This document shows, one piece after another, positions 48,613 through 58,944 of a stretch of 64,000 nt of DNA. Under the pieces are notes generated by a model that ran no database searches, was not told the origin of the DNA, and saw only the letters and a program-made list of their open reading frames with translations. This stretch comes from an uncultured Fibrobacterota bacterium (lineage in GTDB: Bacteria > Fibrobacterota > Chitinivibrionia > Chitinivibrionales > FEN-1185), in contig CAVWBU010000027.1 in assembly GCA_963753345.1 (NCBI GenBank), forward strand, positions 32,001-96,000, written 5' to 3'. The position numbers and the translations under genes are program-made. Every line of letters starts with the position of its first letter. Position 1 is the first letter of the stretch.

Positions 48613-49416
48613 ATGAAAATCATCGACTTTCACACCCATATATTTCCCGACAAGCTCGCCGAACGTGCTCTCAATGCCCTCAAGGCCCATTCTCCCGAAG
48701 CAAAATCGTACAGCGACGGAACGCTTTCCGGGCTGAGAAAATCCATGAAACAGGCGGGCGTGTCGCGCGCGGTATTGCTTCCCATCGCCACAAAACCCTC
48801 GCAGGTTGCGACAATAAACAAAACGTGCGCGGACCTCATGGCGGATGACACCGTTCCTTTCGGGACATTGCATCCGGGAGCAGACACCTTTGCAAAGGAT
48901 ATTTCTGCGCTCGTTTCGTCCGGCGTCAAGGGCATAAAGTTTCATCCGGAGTACCAGGACTTTTACATAGGCGAACCGCGCTATTTCCGCATCTACGAAG
49001 CGATCCAATCGGCGGGCTTGGTCGTTGTTTTCCATGCAGGAAAAGACCCCGGGCCGTTTACCTGCGATCATGCGCTGCCGCCGGCATTCCTGGAAATCAA
49101 CAAGAATTTTCCCCGGTTGAAGATCGTGGCCGCCCATATGGGAGGGTGGAGAGTGTGGGACGACGTGGAGAAATACATGCTCGATCTTCCGATTTACTTT
49201 GATGCCTCCGCGATAAGGGAATGGATGAAGCCCGATGAATTCGTGCGGCTTGCGCGGAAGCACGGAACAGACCGCATCCTGTTCGGCTCTGATTCACCGT
49301 GGTTTGATCAGGCGGCGGATGTGCGGTGGTTCGATGCTATGAAAATCACCAGCGATGAGAAGGAAAAGATATTTCACAAGAACGCGGAGGCGCTGCTCGG
49401 AGAAAGTGCGCTGTAG
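48613..49416 (+). CDS. Amidohydrolase family protein (Amidohydro_2)
   Basis: IIDFHTH, GIKFHP, FHAG, AAHMGG, ILFGSDSPW. Confidence 0.9.
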   Translation: MKIIDFHTHIFPDKLAERALNALKAHSPEAKSYSDGTLSGLRKSMKQAGVSRAVLLPIATKPSQVATINKTCADLMADDTVPFGTLHPGADTFAKDISALVSSGVKGIKFHPEYQDFYIGEPRYFRIYEAIQSAGLVVVFHAGKDPGPFTCDHALPPAFLEINKNFPRLKIVAAHMGGWRVWDDVEKYMLDLPIYFDASAIREWMKPDEFVRLARKHGTDRILFGSDSPWFDQAADVRWFDAMKITSDEKEKIFHKNAEALLGESAL

Positions 49417-49451
49417 CGGGACGTCAATCCAATCAAGTAAATTGTAGCACC

Positions 49452-51185
49452 ATGGAAAATCCTCAGCCAAACAGAACACAGGAACTCCTCTCCGGCGACG
49501 AGGCGGTTGCACGCGGGGCGTGGGAAGCCGGTTTGCGCGTGGCATGCGCATACCCCGGCACTCCGTCAACCGAGATCCTCGAGACACTCGCCGGTTTCAA
49601 GGATGTCGACGCGCAATGGTCGGTCAACGAGAAGGTGGCGTTCGAGGTGGCGCTCGGGTCGGCGATCGCGGGCGGTCGCAGCCTGTACGCATCCAAGCAT
49701 GTGGGCCTCAATGTCGCCATGGACCCGCTCATGACCGCCTCCTACACCGGCGTGAACGCCGGGTTCGTGGCCGTGGTGTGCGACGATCCCGGCCTTGCTT
49801 CGTCGCAGAACGAGCAGGACACGCGCTGGGTGGCGCCCTACGCCAAGCTCCCGATGATAGAGCCTGCCGGCCCCTCCGAGGCGCTTGCCTATGTCAAGGA
49901 GGCATTTTCCATAAGCGAACGATACGATACGCCCGTCCTTTTCAGAATGACCACCCGCGTGGCGCATTCAAAGGAAAACGTGGCGGTGGGCGCGCGGCAG
50001 GACGTCGCGCTGCGGCCTTTTGCGCCGGATATTCCGAAGTATGTCATGGTCCCCCGGAATGCCTACCAGAAGCACATCCGTGTGGAGAAAAGGCTTGTCG
50101 AGCTTGCCGCGTTTTCCGAAACAACGCCGCTTAACAGAATAGAGAAGGGGAGCGCGAAGCTCGGATTCGTCACCTCGGGAATTGCGTATCAGTATATCAG
50201 GGAAGCCTATCCGGAGGCGTCGGTTCTCAAACTCGGGTTCACCTTTCCGTTCTGCGATAAGAAGATCGCCCGGTTCGCGAAAAGCGTGAGAGAACTTGTT
50301 GTGGTGGAAGAGCTCGATCCGATCATTGAGGAACACGTGCGGATGCTCGGGATAAAGGCCAGGGCAAAACATGCTTCGTTCAGGATAAGCGAGCTTCTCC
50401 CCGAGCATATTCCTCTCATTTACAAAGGCTCGAAGAAGAAGGAAGTGCCTTCAACTGCGCGCAAGCCCGTTCTTTGTCCCGGATGCCCGCACCGTTTTGT
50501 GTTTTCGGTGCTCAAACGGAACAAGGCGATTGTCGCGGGCGACATCGGGTGCTACACGCTTGCGGCAACGCCGCCGCTGTCGACGCTTCACACCTGCCTG
50601 TGCATGGGGTCGGCAATCACCCTTCACGAAGGATTCAGAAGGATACTGCCGGACGGCAAAATCGTGGGCGTGCTGGGAGATTCCACGTTCGTTCATTCCG
50701 GCATCACGGGTCTTGTGAATGCGGCATACAACAGGATGAAGGGACTCATTGTCATCCTCGACAACTCGACCACGGCCATGACCGGCGGCCAGAACCACCC
50801 GGCCACGGGCAAAACCATCCGCGACGAACCAACCAAGCAGCTTTCGCTGGAAGGCATTTGCGCAGCATGCGGTGCGGACAATGTTGATGTGATAGATCCG
50901 AGGAACTTGAAACAGCTTGACGCGCTTGTGAAGCAGCGGCTTGCCGGTAACGGCCTGTCGGTGATCATTGCCCGGATGCCGTGCAAGCTTGTGGACCGGA
51001 ACAGATTGCCCATGCCGGAGTACGACCGGGCAAAATGCAAGACGTGCGGCCTGTGCTTCAATCTTGACTGCCCGGCGCTTGTCAAAACGGAAGACGGATA
51101 CGTAGACATCCAGAAATCGCTGTGCGCGGGCTGCTATTTGTGCGTGGAGACGTGCGCATCCGGCGCGCTCAAACGGCCGGGATGA
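49452..51185 (+). CDS. iorA: Indolepyruvate:ferredoxin oxidoreductase alpha subunit
   Basis: YPGTPSTEI, NEKVAFEVA, KHVGLNVAMDPL, SSQNEQD, LCPGCPHR, GDSTF, C-terminal 4Fe-4S motifs. Confidence 0.95.
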   Translation: MENPQPNRTQELLSGDEAVARGAWEAGLRVACAYPGTPSTEILETLAGFKDVDAQWSVNEKVAFEVALGSAIAGGRSLYASKHVGLNVAMDPLMTASYTGVNAGFVAVVCDDPGLASSQNEQDTRWVAPYAKLPMIEPAGPSEALAYVKEAFSISERYDTPVLFRMTTRVAHSKENVAVGARQDVALRPFAPDIPKYVMVPRNAYQKHIRVEKRLVELAAFSETTPLNRIEKGSAKLGFVTSGIAYQYIREAYPEASVLKLGFTFPFCDKKIARFAKSVRELVVVEELDPIIEEHVRMLGIKARAKHASFRISELLPEHIPLIYKGSKKKEVPSTARKPVLCPGCPHRFVFSVLKRNKAIVAGDIGCYTLAATPPLSTLHTCLCMGSAITLHEGFRRILPDGKIVGVLGDSTFVHSGITGLVNAAYNRMKGLIVILDNSTTAMTGGQNHPATGKTIRDEPTKQLSLEGICAACGADNVDVIDPRNLKQLDALVKQRLAGNGLSVIIARMPCKLVDRNRLPMPEYDRAKCKTCGLCFNLDCPALVKTEDGYVDIQKSLCAGCYLCVETCASGALKRPG

Positions 51186-51190
51186 ACCCA

Positions 51191-51307
51191 AGTTGAATGT
51201 TGACAGTCGAAAGTTGAAAGCGGGCATAAAGGAGTGGACTCGGCAAGCTGTAAAGCCTTTTCAACGGCATTGATCCAACTTCCAACTTTCAACTTCCAAC
51301 TTTTAAC
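51191..51307. repeat. Two oppositely oriented 7-bp tandem arrays
   Basis: AGTTGAA TGTTGAC AGTCGAA AGTTGAA ... TCCAACT TCCAACT TTCAACT TCCAACT. Confidence 0.75.
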
Positions 51308-51322
51308 ATCGGTGTTTTAACC

Positions 51323-51859
51323 ATGAGAAAAAGAGCATTTGTCAAGTCTTTCCCCGCCGAGCGGGTCTGGAACGTCTTCTTCTGCGGCACCGGCGGTCAG
51401 GGAGTTCTCACGGCCGCCGAGGTCTGCGCCATTGCCGCCATGCATGCAGGCTATCATGTGAAGAAATCGGAAGTGCACGGCATGGCCCAGCGCGGAGGGT
51501 CGGTGGAGTCGCACGTACGTTTCGGCAGGCGGATCTTTTCGCCGCTTATCAAGCTGAAGACAGCGGATTTCATCGTGAGCTTCCACGAAGGCGAGGGAAA
51601 CAGGCTTGCCTCGTACCTCAGGAAGGGCGGAACCACGTTTGTTCCGTTTCTCAAAGACCCGGCGTTCCAGCCCATTGACAGGCGCTTTCTCAACACGTAC
51701 TTCCTCGGCATTCTGAGCGCGTTGATGCCTGTACCGGAGGAAGCCTGGCGCCGCGCGCTGTCGCAACAGCTCAAGCGCGCCCTTGCGGAAAACCAGGCGG
51801 CATTCGGTGAGGGCAGAAAAGCCGGGTTCGCCCTTGCGGGCCGGCCGGCCGGGGCATAG
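51323..51859 (+). CDS. iorB: Indolepyruvate:ferredoxin oxidoreductase beta subunit
   Basis: CGTGGQGV, KKSEVHGMAQRGGSVESHVRFG. Confidence 0.92.
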   Translation: MRKRAFVKSFPAERVWNVFFCGTGGQGVLTAAEVCAIAAMHAGYHVKKSEVHGMAQRGGSVESHVRFGRRIFSPLIKLKTADFIVSFHEGEGNRLASYLRKGGTTFVPFLKDPAFQPIDRRFLNTYFLGILSALMPVPEEAWRRALSQQLKRALAENQAAFGEGRKAGFALAGRPAGA

Positions 51860-51861
51860 GC

Positions 51862-53172
51862 ATGCAGATTTCCTTCCGCGACAGGCGCGCCGAAACCATT
51901 GACAAAGACACCCTTCGGCGTGAACAGCTTGGCCGCCTGCAGAAGACCGTCGACCACGCGCTCGCCACCCCGTTTTACAAAGAGAAACTCAGGGCGGCCG
52001 GCATCGCTTCCGGCAGCGACATAAAAAGTCTCGCCAATACGGCGCGGCTGCCGTTTACCACCAAGAACGATTTACGCGACGCGTATCCGCGCAAACACCT
52101 CGCCGTTCCCATGGACTCGGTGGTGCGCATTCACATGTCAAGCGGCACCACCGGCATTCCCACGGTGATCTATCACACGCAGGCCGACATCGACGACTGG
52201 ACCGAACTGGTGGCACGGTCCGTGGTGTGCGCCGGGTGCGGCCCCGCAGACATCTTTCAGAACATGATGACCTACGGCCTGTTCACGGGCGGGCTCGGCC
52301 TTCACTACGGCGCCGAAAGGGCGGGCCTCACCGTCATCCCGTCGAGTTCCGGCAACACCAAGCGCCAGATATGGCTCATGAAGGAGTTCGGCACCACCGT
52401 GGTGCACGCAACGCCGAGCTACATGCTTCACATTAATTCCGAGATTGTCAGGGAGGGGGTGTCCCTTTCGGACCTGAAGCTCGCGCGGGCTTTTCTGGGT
52501 GCCGAGCCGTATTCGGAAAACACGCGGAGAAAGATCGAGGACCTGTTCCGGATCGAGGCCTACAATTCCTACGGGTTGAGCGAGATGAACGGCCCCGGCG
52601 TCGCTTTCGAGTGCGTTTACAAGTGCGGCATGCACGTGTGGGAGGATTCGTACATCGTGGAGGTGATCGATCCGGACACCCTGGAAACGCGCCGCGACGG
52701 GGAGGAGGGCGAGCTCGTCTTCACCACGCTCAAGCGCGAGGCCACGCCGCTTCTCCGGTACCGCACGCGCGATCTGTCGAAAATTATCGAAGGGCCCTGC
52801 GCGTGCGGCAGGACGCACCGCAGGATGGACCGCATCAAGGCCCGCACCGACGACATGCTCATCATCAACGGCGTGAACGTGTTCCCCTCGCAGATCGAGG
52901 AGGCGCTCATGAACATGCCGGAGATGGGCACCAACTACCAGATTGTTGTTGACAAGAAAGAGTCTCTTGACAAGCTCACGATCAAGACCGAGGTGCGGCC
53001 GGACCTCTTCAAGGACGATATGCGTGCCTTGGATTCATTGAAGAAACGTATTGGCGACACCATCAAATCACAGCTGCTTGTCAATCCCGCCATCGAACTC
53101 CACGAGCCGGGCATGCTGCCGGTGTACGAGGGAAAGGCGAAACGGGTATTTGACAACAGACCGCCCTTGTAG
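51862..53172 (+). CDS. paaK: Phenylacetate--CoA ligase family protein
   Basis: [56 protein letters not shown]. Confidence 0.93.
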   Translation: MQISFRDRRAETIDKDTLRREQLGRLQKTVDHALATPFYKEKLRAAGIASGSDIKSLANTARLPFTTKNDLRDAYPRKHLAVPMDSVVRIHMSSGTTGIPTVIYHTQADIDDWTELVARSVVCAGCGPADIFQNMMTYGLFTGGLGLHYGAERAGLTVIPSSSGNTKRQIWLMKEFGTTVVHATPSYMLHINSEIVREGVSLSDLKLARAFLGAEPYSENTRRKIEDLFRIEAYNSYGLSEMNGPGVAFECVYKCGMHVWEDSYIVEVIDPDTLETRRDGEEGELVFTTLKREATPLLRYRTRDLSKIIEGPCACGRTHRRMDRIKARTDDMLIINGVNVFPSQIEEALMNMPEMGTNYQIVVDKKESLDKLTIKTEVRPDLFKDDMRALDSLKKRIGDTIKSQLLVNPAIELHEPGMLPVYEGKAKRVFDNRPPL

Positions 53173-53326
53173 AAGTCGCTGTTGATGTTCCATGCAGGCC
53201 GGGAAACTTGGGTGATTTTTTTCACGCAGCGCGGCACTTCATTTATTATATTTTTTCGAGCCTCATCAGAATCCGACAATTGCCCATTTGAAAAGACCGT
53301 CACCATTTTACCATGAGGGAGGTTGC

Positions 53327-54781
53327 ATGCGTACGATGTGTTCGCTGTTATGTGTGTTGTTCGTGAGCGCTTTGGTCTTGGCGGCCGATACGACGGCGGT
53401 GAAGTCGCCGTCCGCGGCTCCGGCGCCGAAGGCTGCTCCTGCACCGGTAAAAGCCGCGCCTGCGCCCGCTGCCGCCGAGGCTCCGGCTCCTGCGCCCGCT
53501 CCTGCACCGGCGCCCGCTGCAGAAGCTCCTGCGCCGGCTCCTGCGCCTGCGGCGGAAGCTCCGGCTCCTGCCCCGGCTGTCAAGCCCGTGGAAGCCCCGG
53601 CAAAGGTTTGCGCTGCGCCGGCAAGTCCGCTTCTCACGTGGGGCGGCTTGGCCATGCTCAGGCTCAGGGACGAGATTGTCACCAACTACCAGGCTGACGG
53701 AAAAACAGCGGAAGACGCGAACTTTTCCTACCAGATAGCCTACCACCTTGGCGTAAAGGCGAAGCCGAACGACCAGGTGATGCTGCAGTTTGATATCGGC
53801 AACGACTGGTACGCCACCGAGGAGGTCGAAGGTCTTCCCGGCAATTACTGGACAAAGAGGAACCCGATGACCCCGTGGTTCGATCTTGCCTATGCCCAGT
53901 GGGACCCGGGTTTCATGCATGTTCAGGCGGGTATCATTCCCGTGCGCGGAACGCCGCTTATGGACCTGCTCGGCGTCTCGATTTTCCTCAACAGGAATTA
54001 CCAGAAAGCTGCCCATATTCCGTGGGGAGTGGTCACCAATTTCAGCCAGACCGGGTTGCGTCTTGGGGCGCCTATTGTCAAAGGAGATTTTTCACTCGGC
54101 GTAGACGCCATGTCCACGGTCATCGAAATGCGGAAGGTGCCCACAAAAGCGGATACCTTCAATCTCAATCCGATAGCGGTGGAATTCGAATTGGAAGCGC
54201 CGCTCTCGGTCGGCGGATTTACGGCGGCACCGCAGGCCTTTATCATTCCCAACCGCAGTTACAATCTTAAGAGCGGCGCAAGCGATCTGGAATTCGGCGC
54301 TGGCTTCGATGCCGGGTACAAAGTCAATCCCGGTATCACCCTAAGGGCGGGGTTCGGTTATGCACGGACATCCAACAGGAATTCGTATAAGAACTCCGAC
54401 GGCAGCTACAACACCTTTTTTGACACCTACGGCGATCCCTTCAACATCACTTCGAAGACCGATACGGTCAACAAGGTTGTTGACAGTGTGGAATTCGACC
54501 GCTGGGGAACCAATCTGAACGTCGGTACCACCGTTGTGCTGGGGCCGGGCAAACTTGATTTTGATTTCAATCTGAGCAACCAGCAGAACGCGTACAACAA
54601 GAATATCGACGACTGGTATCCTTTCTTCGACCTGAAGTACGGCTGGGCGCTCAACAAGAACTTCATCGTCATGCCGCGGGTCAGGTTGTTCTTCACCGAG
54701 CCCAAAGCGGCGGTGGGCGGCATTACCTACAACAACATGCTCACCACGAGACCGGAGATTATCTTTACGGGCGTGTTCTGA
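53327..54781 (+). CDS. Putative outer-membrane beta-barrel protein with Ala/Pro-rich N-terminal linker
   Basis: Signal peptide, (AEAPAPAP)n, amphipathic beta-strand pattern, C-terminal Phe (IIFTGVF). Confidence 0.75.
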   Translation: MRTMCSLLCVLFVSALVLAADTTAVKSPSAAPAPKAAPAPVKAAPAPAAAEAPAPAPAPAPAPAAEAPAPAPAPAAEAPAPAPAVKPVEAPAKVCAAPASPLLTWGGLAMLRLRDEIVTNYQADGKTAEDANFSYQIAYHLGVKAKPNDQVMLQFDIGNDWYATEEVEGLPGNYWTKRNPMTPWFDLAYAQWDPGFMHVQAGIIPVRGTPLMDLLGVSIFLNRNYQKAAHIPWGVVTNFSQTGLRLGAPIVKGDFSLGVDAMSTVIEMRKVPTKADTFNLNPIAVEFELEAPLSVGGFTAAPQAFIIPNRSYNLKSGASDLEFGAGFDAGYKVNPGITLRAGFGYARTSNRNSYKNSDGSYNTFFDTYGDPFNITSKTDTVNKVVDSVEFDRWGTNLNVGTTVVLGPGKLDFDFNLSNQQNAYNKNIDDWYPFFDLKYGWALNKNFIVMPRVRLFFTEPKAAVGGITYNNMLTTRPEIIFTGVF

Positions 54782-54808
54782 GAAATTAGAAAGAGTTGTG
54801 TTTGACGG

Positions 54809-54846
54809 ACGGGAGGGGACGCGAGGTTCCTTCCCGTTCTGTTTTC
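54809..54846 (+). terminator. Putative terminator
   Basis: ACGGGAGGGGAC-GCGAG-GTTCCTTCCCGT followed by TCTGTTTT. Confidence 0.55.
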
Positions 54847-54890
54847 TCGCAGAGATCGCCACGGGGAACATCTTTGGCGAAAGGTCCCCT

Positions 54891-56204
54891 TTACCTCTTC
54901 CTTTTATCCACCACCAGCGGCTGTTTCTTCCCCCGTGCCTCGTTCTGCAGCCTTCCTTCCTCGACGAACGTCACCGTCGCATTGACGCCGAGTACGCTTT
55001 GCAGACGCTCGATGACGGTCTTCCTGAGTTTTTCGAGCGCCTTGATCTCGTCGATGCAGTCGCTTTCTCCCGACACGGCCACGCCCACTTCCATGGTGTC
55101 AACGTCATCTTTCGTGGCAAGGACAATCCTGCACAGGGGAGCGATGCCCTGCACGCCGAGCACGGTCTCGAACACCTGGCTGGGGAAGATCTTGACACCC
55201 TGGATCGCGATCATGTCGTCGGTGCGGCCGGCCACGCGGCTCATGCGCGCAAACGTACGGCCGCACGCGCAGGTACCGGGGAGAAGACGCGCGCGGTCGC
55301 CGGTGCGGTAGCGGATGAGCGGGAACGCCTCTTTGGTTATGGTGGTAAAGACGAGCTCGCCCTCTTCACCCTCCGGGAGCGGCTCCATGGTCACGGGGTT
55401 GACGATTTCCACGATGAAATGGTCTTCGCTTATGTGAAGGCCGGTGCGTTTTTCACATTCGCCCGAGACTCCCGGGCCCATCACCTCGCTCATGCCGTAC
55501 GAATCGTACGCGGTGATGCGGAACGTTTCTTCGAGTTCCCTGCGCACCGATTCGCTCCACGGCTCGGAGCCGAAGATGCCCCGCTTGAGGTGCAACTGTT
55601 CCGGGCGCACGCCCATGGAGGTCATGGCGCGCGCCAGGGCAAGCGCGGTTGACGGAGCGCAAATGAGCGCCGAGGTCATAAAGTCCTTCATGATGGTAAC
55701 CTGGTCGCGCAGGTTGCCGTGCGTGGATGCCGGAATCACCGACGCGCCCAGGTGTTCCGCGCCGAAATGAAATCCCAGTCCACCCGTGAACAGGGAATAG
55801 GAAAAACCGATCTGCACCACGTCGTGCTCGGTTATTCCGGTCCATGCGAGTTGCCGTGCCACCAGCGCCGACCAGTGCAGAATGTCGTTCTTCGAATATC
55901 CAACCACAATGGGCTTGCCCGTGGTGCCCGAACTTGCGTGGATCCTTACGATATCGCGGAGGGGAAGGGCGAACATGTCGTAGGGGTAGCTCGTGCGCAG
56001 GTCTTCCTTGGTGGTAAACGGCAGGCGCCGCATGTCCCCCAGGGACCGGATGCTTTCTATAACGACCTTATTCGCATCGAGCGCATGCTTGTAGAACGCG
56101 ACGTTGCGGTAGACGCGGTTAAGCGTCACCTGCAGTTTCTCGATCTGCAACTGCGAGAGATCGTCACGGGACATGGTTTCGAATTGCTGAATGTCTGTCA
56201 TCAT
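54891..56204 (-). CDS. paaK: Phenylacetate--CoA ligase family protein
   Basis: [41 protein letters not shown]. Confidence 0.92.
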   Translation of the reverse strand: MMTDIQQFETMSRDDLSQLQIEKLQVTLNRVYRNVAFYKHALDANKVVIESIRSLGDMRRLPFTTKEDLRTSYPYDMFALPLRDIVRIHASSGTTGKPIVVGYSKNDILHWSALVARQLAWTGITEHDVVQIGFSYSLFTGGLGFHFGAEHLGASVIPASTHGNLRDQVTIMKDFMTSALICAPSTALALARAMTSMGVRPEQLHLKRGIFGSEPWSESVRRELEETFRITAYDSYGMSEVMGPGVSGECEKRTGLHISEDHFIVEIVNPVTMEPLPEGEEGELVFTTITKEAFPLIRYRTGDRARLLPGTCACGRTFARMSRVAGRTDDMIAIQGVKIFPSQVFETVLGVQGIAPLCRIVLATKDDVDTMEVGVAVSGESDCIDEIKALEKLRKTVIERLQSVLGVNATVTFVEEGRLQNEARGKKQPLVVDKRKR

Positions 56205-56243
56205 TGATAACCTCCGGAGTAACGCGGCAAACTGCCGCGAATG

Positions 56244-56978
56244 CTATTCGTTGATTTCCCGGTAATCCTTTCCCAGATACGCGCGCTGCACGTCGGTGTT
56301 GTTGAGCAGTTCCTGTGCCGTGCCTTCAAGAACGATGGAGCCGGTCTCCATAACGTACCCGCGGTCGGCGATGGCGAGGACGGCCTTCGAATTCTGTTCC
56401 ACCACGAGCACGGTCCTCCCGGCGTCGCGCATGGCCTTGACAGCAGCGAAAATGCCCTTCACCACGATCGGCGCCAGCCCCATGGACGGCTCGTCGAGCA
56501 TGATGAACGACGGCGCGGCCATGAGCGCCCGTCCTATGGCGAGCATCTGCTGCTCGCCGCCCGACAGGGTCCCCGCGAGCTGGTCGAGACGCCGCTCGAG
56601 CAGCGGAAAAAGGCCGAAGACGCGGGCCAACTCGTTCTTGACGGACGCTCCCTGGCGCTTGCGGAACCGTGTGTATGCGCCGAGCGCAAGATTTTCGTCC
56701 ACGGTCATTGTCGCAAACAGGTGCCTGCCTTCGGGCACGAGCGCGCATCCGCGCGAAACCACAAGGTGCGCCGGCAGCCCGCAAATGGGTTCGCCGCCAA
56801 AGACAATGTCGCCGGACCATGCGCGGATAACGCCCGCTATGGTTTTGAGCAGCGTGGTCTTGCCCGCGCCGTTTGCGCCGATGATGCCCACGATTTCGCC
56901 CGGCCGCACATGCAGCGAAACGCTTTTGAGTACGCGGAGGTTGCCGTATCCGGATTCAAGACTTCTTATTCTAACCAT
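56244..56978 (-). CDS. livF: Branched-chain amino acid-type ABC ATPase LivF
   Basis: [40 protein letters not shown]. Confidence 0.92.
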   Translation of the reverse strand: MVRIRSLESGYGNLRVLKSVSLHVRPGEIVGIIGANGAGKTTLLKTIAGVIRAWSGDIVFGGEPICGLPAHLVVSRGCALVPEGRHLFATMTVDENLALGAYTRFRKRQGASVKNELARVFGLFPLLERRLDQLAGTLSGGEQQMLAIGRALMAAPSFIMLDEPSMGLAPIVVKGIFAAVKAMRDAGRTVLVVEQNSKAVLAIADRGYVMETGSIVLEGTAQELLNNTDVQRAYLGKDYREINE

Positions 56979-57734
56979 CGGCGTCCCCCAGATACACCCT
57001 GACCACCTCGGGATCTTTCTGCACGTCGCGCGGTTTTCCCTGCGCAATAAGCTGGCCGAACGAGAGGACGCAGATGTCGTCGGACACGTTCATCACAAGC
57101 GACATGTCGTGTTCCACAAGCAGGATGGTGATGCCCCGGTCGCGGATGGCAAGGATGGTCTCGCCGAGTTTTTCGGTTTCCTTCATCGTAAGTCCGGCGG
57201 CCGGTTCGTCGAGCAGCAGCAGTTCGGGTTCGCCTGCAAGGGCACGGGCAAGCTCAACGCTTCGCTGCTGGCCGAAGGAAAGGCTCTGCGAGTCGGCGAA
57301 CGCCAGGTGCGCCGCACCGAGCATGTCGAGCACTTCAAGCGAGCGTTCGCGTATGCGGTTGTCCTCTTTACAAGAATAAGGAAGGGAAAGCATTCCTGAT
57401 GCCATGCCTGCGCTGCTTTTGGTGTGCATGCCCACCATCACGTTCTCCAGAACGTTCATTTTTGCAAACAGCTTGATATTCTGGAAGGTGCGGAGAATAC
57501 CAAGGGAGGCTATGAAGTGAGATGCACGGTTTTGAATCGGGTTTCTTTGAAAAGTATAGTCCCGGAATCAGCCCGAAGCGCACCTGAAACTAAATTGAAA
57601 AGCGTAGTCTTGCCGGCGCCGTTGGGGCCGATAAGGCCCTTGATCTGGCCTTTGTCAACGGCAAAGCTCACATCATTGACGGCATGCAGGCCGCCGAAGG
57701 AGCGGTGAAGATGGGAAATGGCGAGTAATGGCAT
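56971..57734 (-). CDS. livG: Branched-chain amino acid-type ABC ATPase LivG (frameshift near 57540)
   Basis: FGGLHAV...[12 protein letters not shown] in one frame; RTFQN...LLDEPAAGL...LVEHDM in another. Confidence 0.87.
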
Positions 57735-57742
57735 GATGGAAA

Positions 57743-57790
57743 GCGACAAAGTTACAAAGTGACAAAGATACAAAGTGAAAAGATGACAGG
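57743..57790. repeat. Degenerate 8-bp tandem array
   Basis: GCGACAAA GTTACAAA GTGACAAA GATACAAA GTGAAAAG ATGACAGG. Confidence 0.75.
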
Positions 57791-57812
57791 TCTTTATCTC
57801 CAAATCCTATTC

Positions 57813-58934
57813 CTATTTGTGTTCTTGATGCCTCTGGGGTGCGTCTTTGTTTTCCCTCTCCGGGTTTCGTTTCATCAAACTTCTGATCTTTTTCCCCAGC
57901 TCCTTAAGCTGACCGGGTTTTACCAGTATCCCGTTCGGGGCGAACAGCATGACGGCAACGAGAATTGCGCCGAACACGGCCTCGTCGTAGGAGCCGAAAT
58001 ACCCGCGCAGGGAAAGAAAATTGAGGATCACGCTTGCCGCAATCGCTCCCCACAGGTTTGCCATGCCGCCGACCGCCACAATGGCAACATACCGGATCGA
58101 TTTCATGATTGACGCTTCGGAAGGTCCGATGCCGCCGTTATAATGGGTGAGAAACACGCCCGCCACCGATGCGAACACGGCGCTCAACACGAAGAGTCCC
58201 AGCTTATACCGCGCGGCGTTCACGCCCATGGCCGAGGCCGCGTCTTCGTTGCCGTGAATGGCGCGCAGCGCCCTGCCGGCCCGCGAATCCACCAGGTTGT
58301 GCATGAGAAGGGCCGCGCCGCACACCATGAACCACGCCATGTAGTAGCCGGTGACCCGGTCGGCAATTTTGCCGGATATGGTGAGTCCCTTTACAAGCGT
58401 GAAGGCCGGAACGCCCGAAAGTCCGTCGGCGCCGCCGAACACCCTGGTGCCAAGCACCAGTTTGTAAATGATGGAGCCGAACCCGAGCGTCGCCATGGCG
58501 AGATAATGGCCCTTCAGGCGCAGCACCGGCATGCCGATGAGGACTGCGATGACCGCGGTGACGAGGACGGCAGCGGCGAAGGCCAGCCAGGGGTTGCAAC
58601 GGGCGACGTCCGATCCGTACAAGTCCTTACCAAATGTGAGGAATCCTGTTTTGACAAAAAGGGCGCCCAATCCGCTGTGCGCCGCCGTTGAAAAGTCGGC
58701 GGTGGTGAGCGCAGCGGACACATAGCCGCCAATGGCGAAGAAGCCCGCATGGCCCAGGGAAATCTGGCCTGCGTAGCCCATGAGCATGCACAACCCGATG
58801 ACGACCACCGTGTAGCAGGCCGCCATGGTGAGCTGGGTGAGATAGAACGTCTGTCCCAGAAGCGTTACAAGCACCTGGACCGCAACGACCAGGCCGGCGA
58901 TGATAAGGATGGGGAGGATGCGTCGGAGGTTCAT
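57813..58934 (-). CDS. livM: Branched-chain amino acid-type ABC permease LivM
   Basis: GYAGQISLGHAGFFAIGGY, LRLKGHYLAMATLGF, GRALRAIH.NE.AA. Confidence 0.92.
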   Translation of the reverse strand: MNLRRILPILIIAGLVVAVQVLVTLLGQTFYLTQLTMAACYTVVVIGLCMLMGYAGQISLGHAGFFAIGGYVSAALTTADFSTAAHSGLGALFVKTGFLTFGKDLYGSDVARCNPWLAFAAAVLVTAVIAVLIGMPVLRLKGHYLAMATLGFGSIIYKLVLGTRVFGGADGLSGVPAFTLVKGLTISGKIADRVTGYYMAWFMVCGAALLMHNLVDSRAGRALRAIHGNEDAASAMGVNAARYKLGLFVLSAVFASVAGVFLTHYNGGIGPSEASIMKSIRYVAIVAVGGMANLWGAIAASVILNFLSLRGYFGSYDEAVFGAILVAVMLFAPNGILVKPGQLKELGKKIRSLMKRNPERENKDAPQRHQEHK

Positions 58935-58944
58935 GCGGTTTGCT

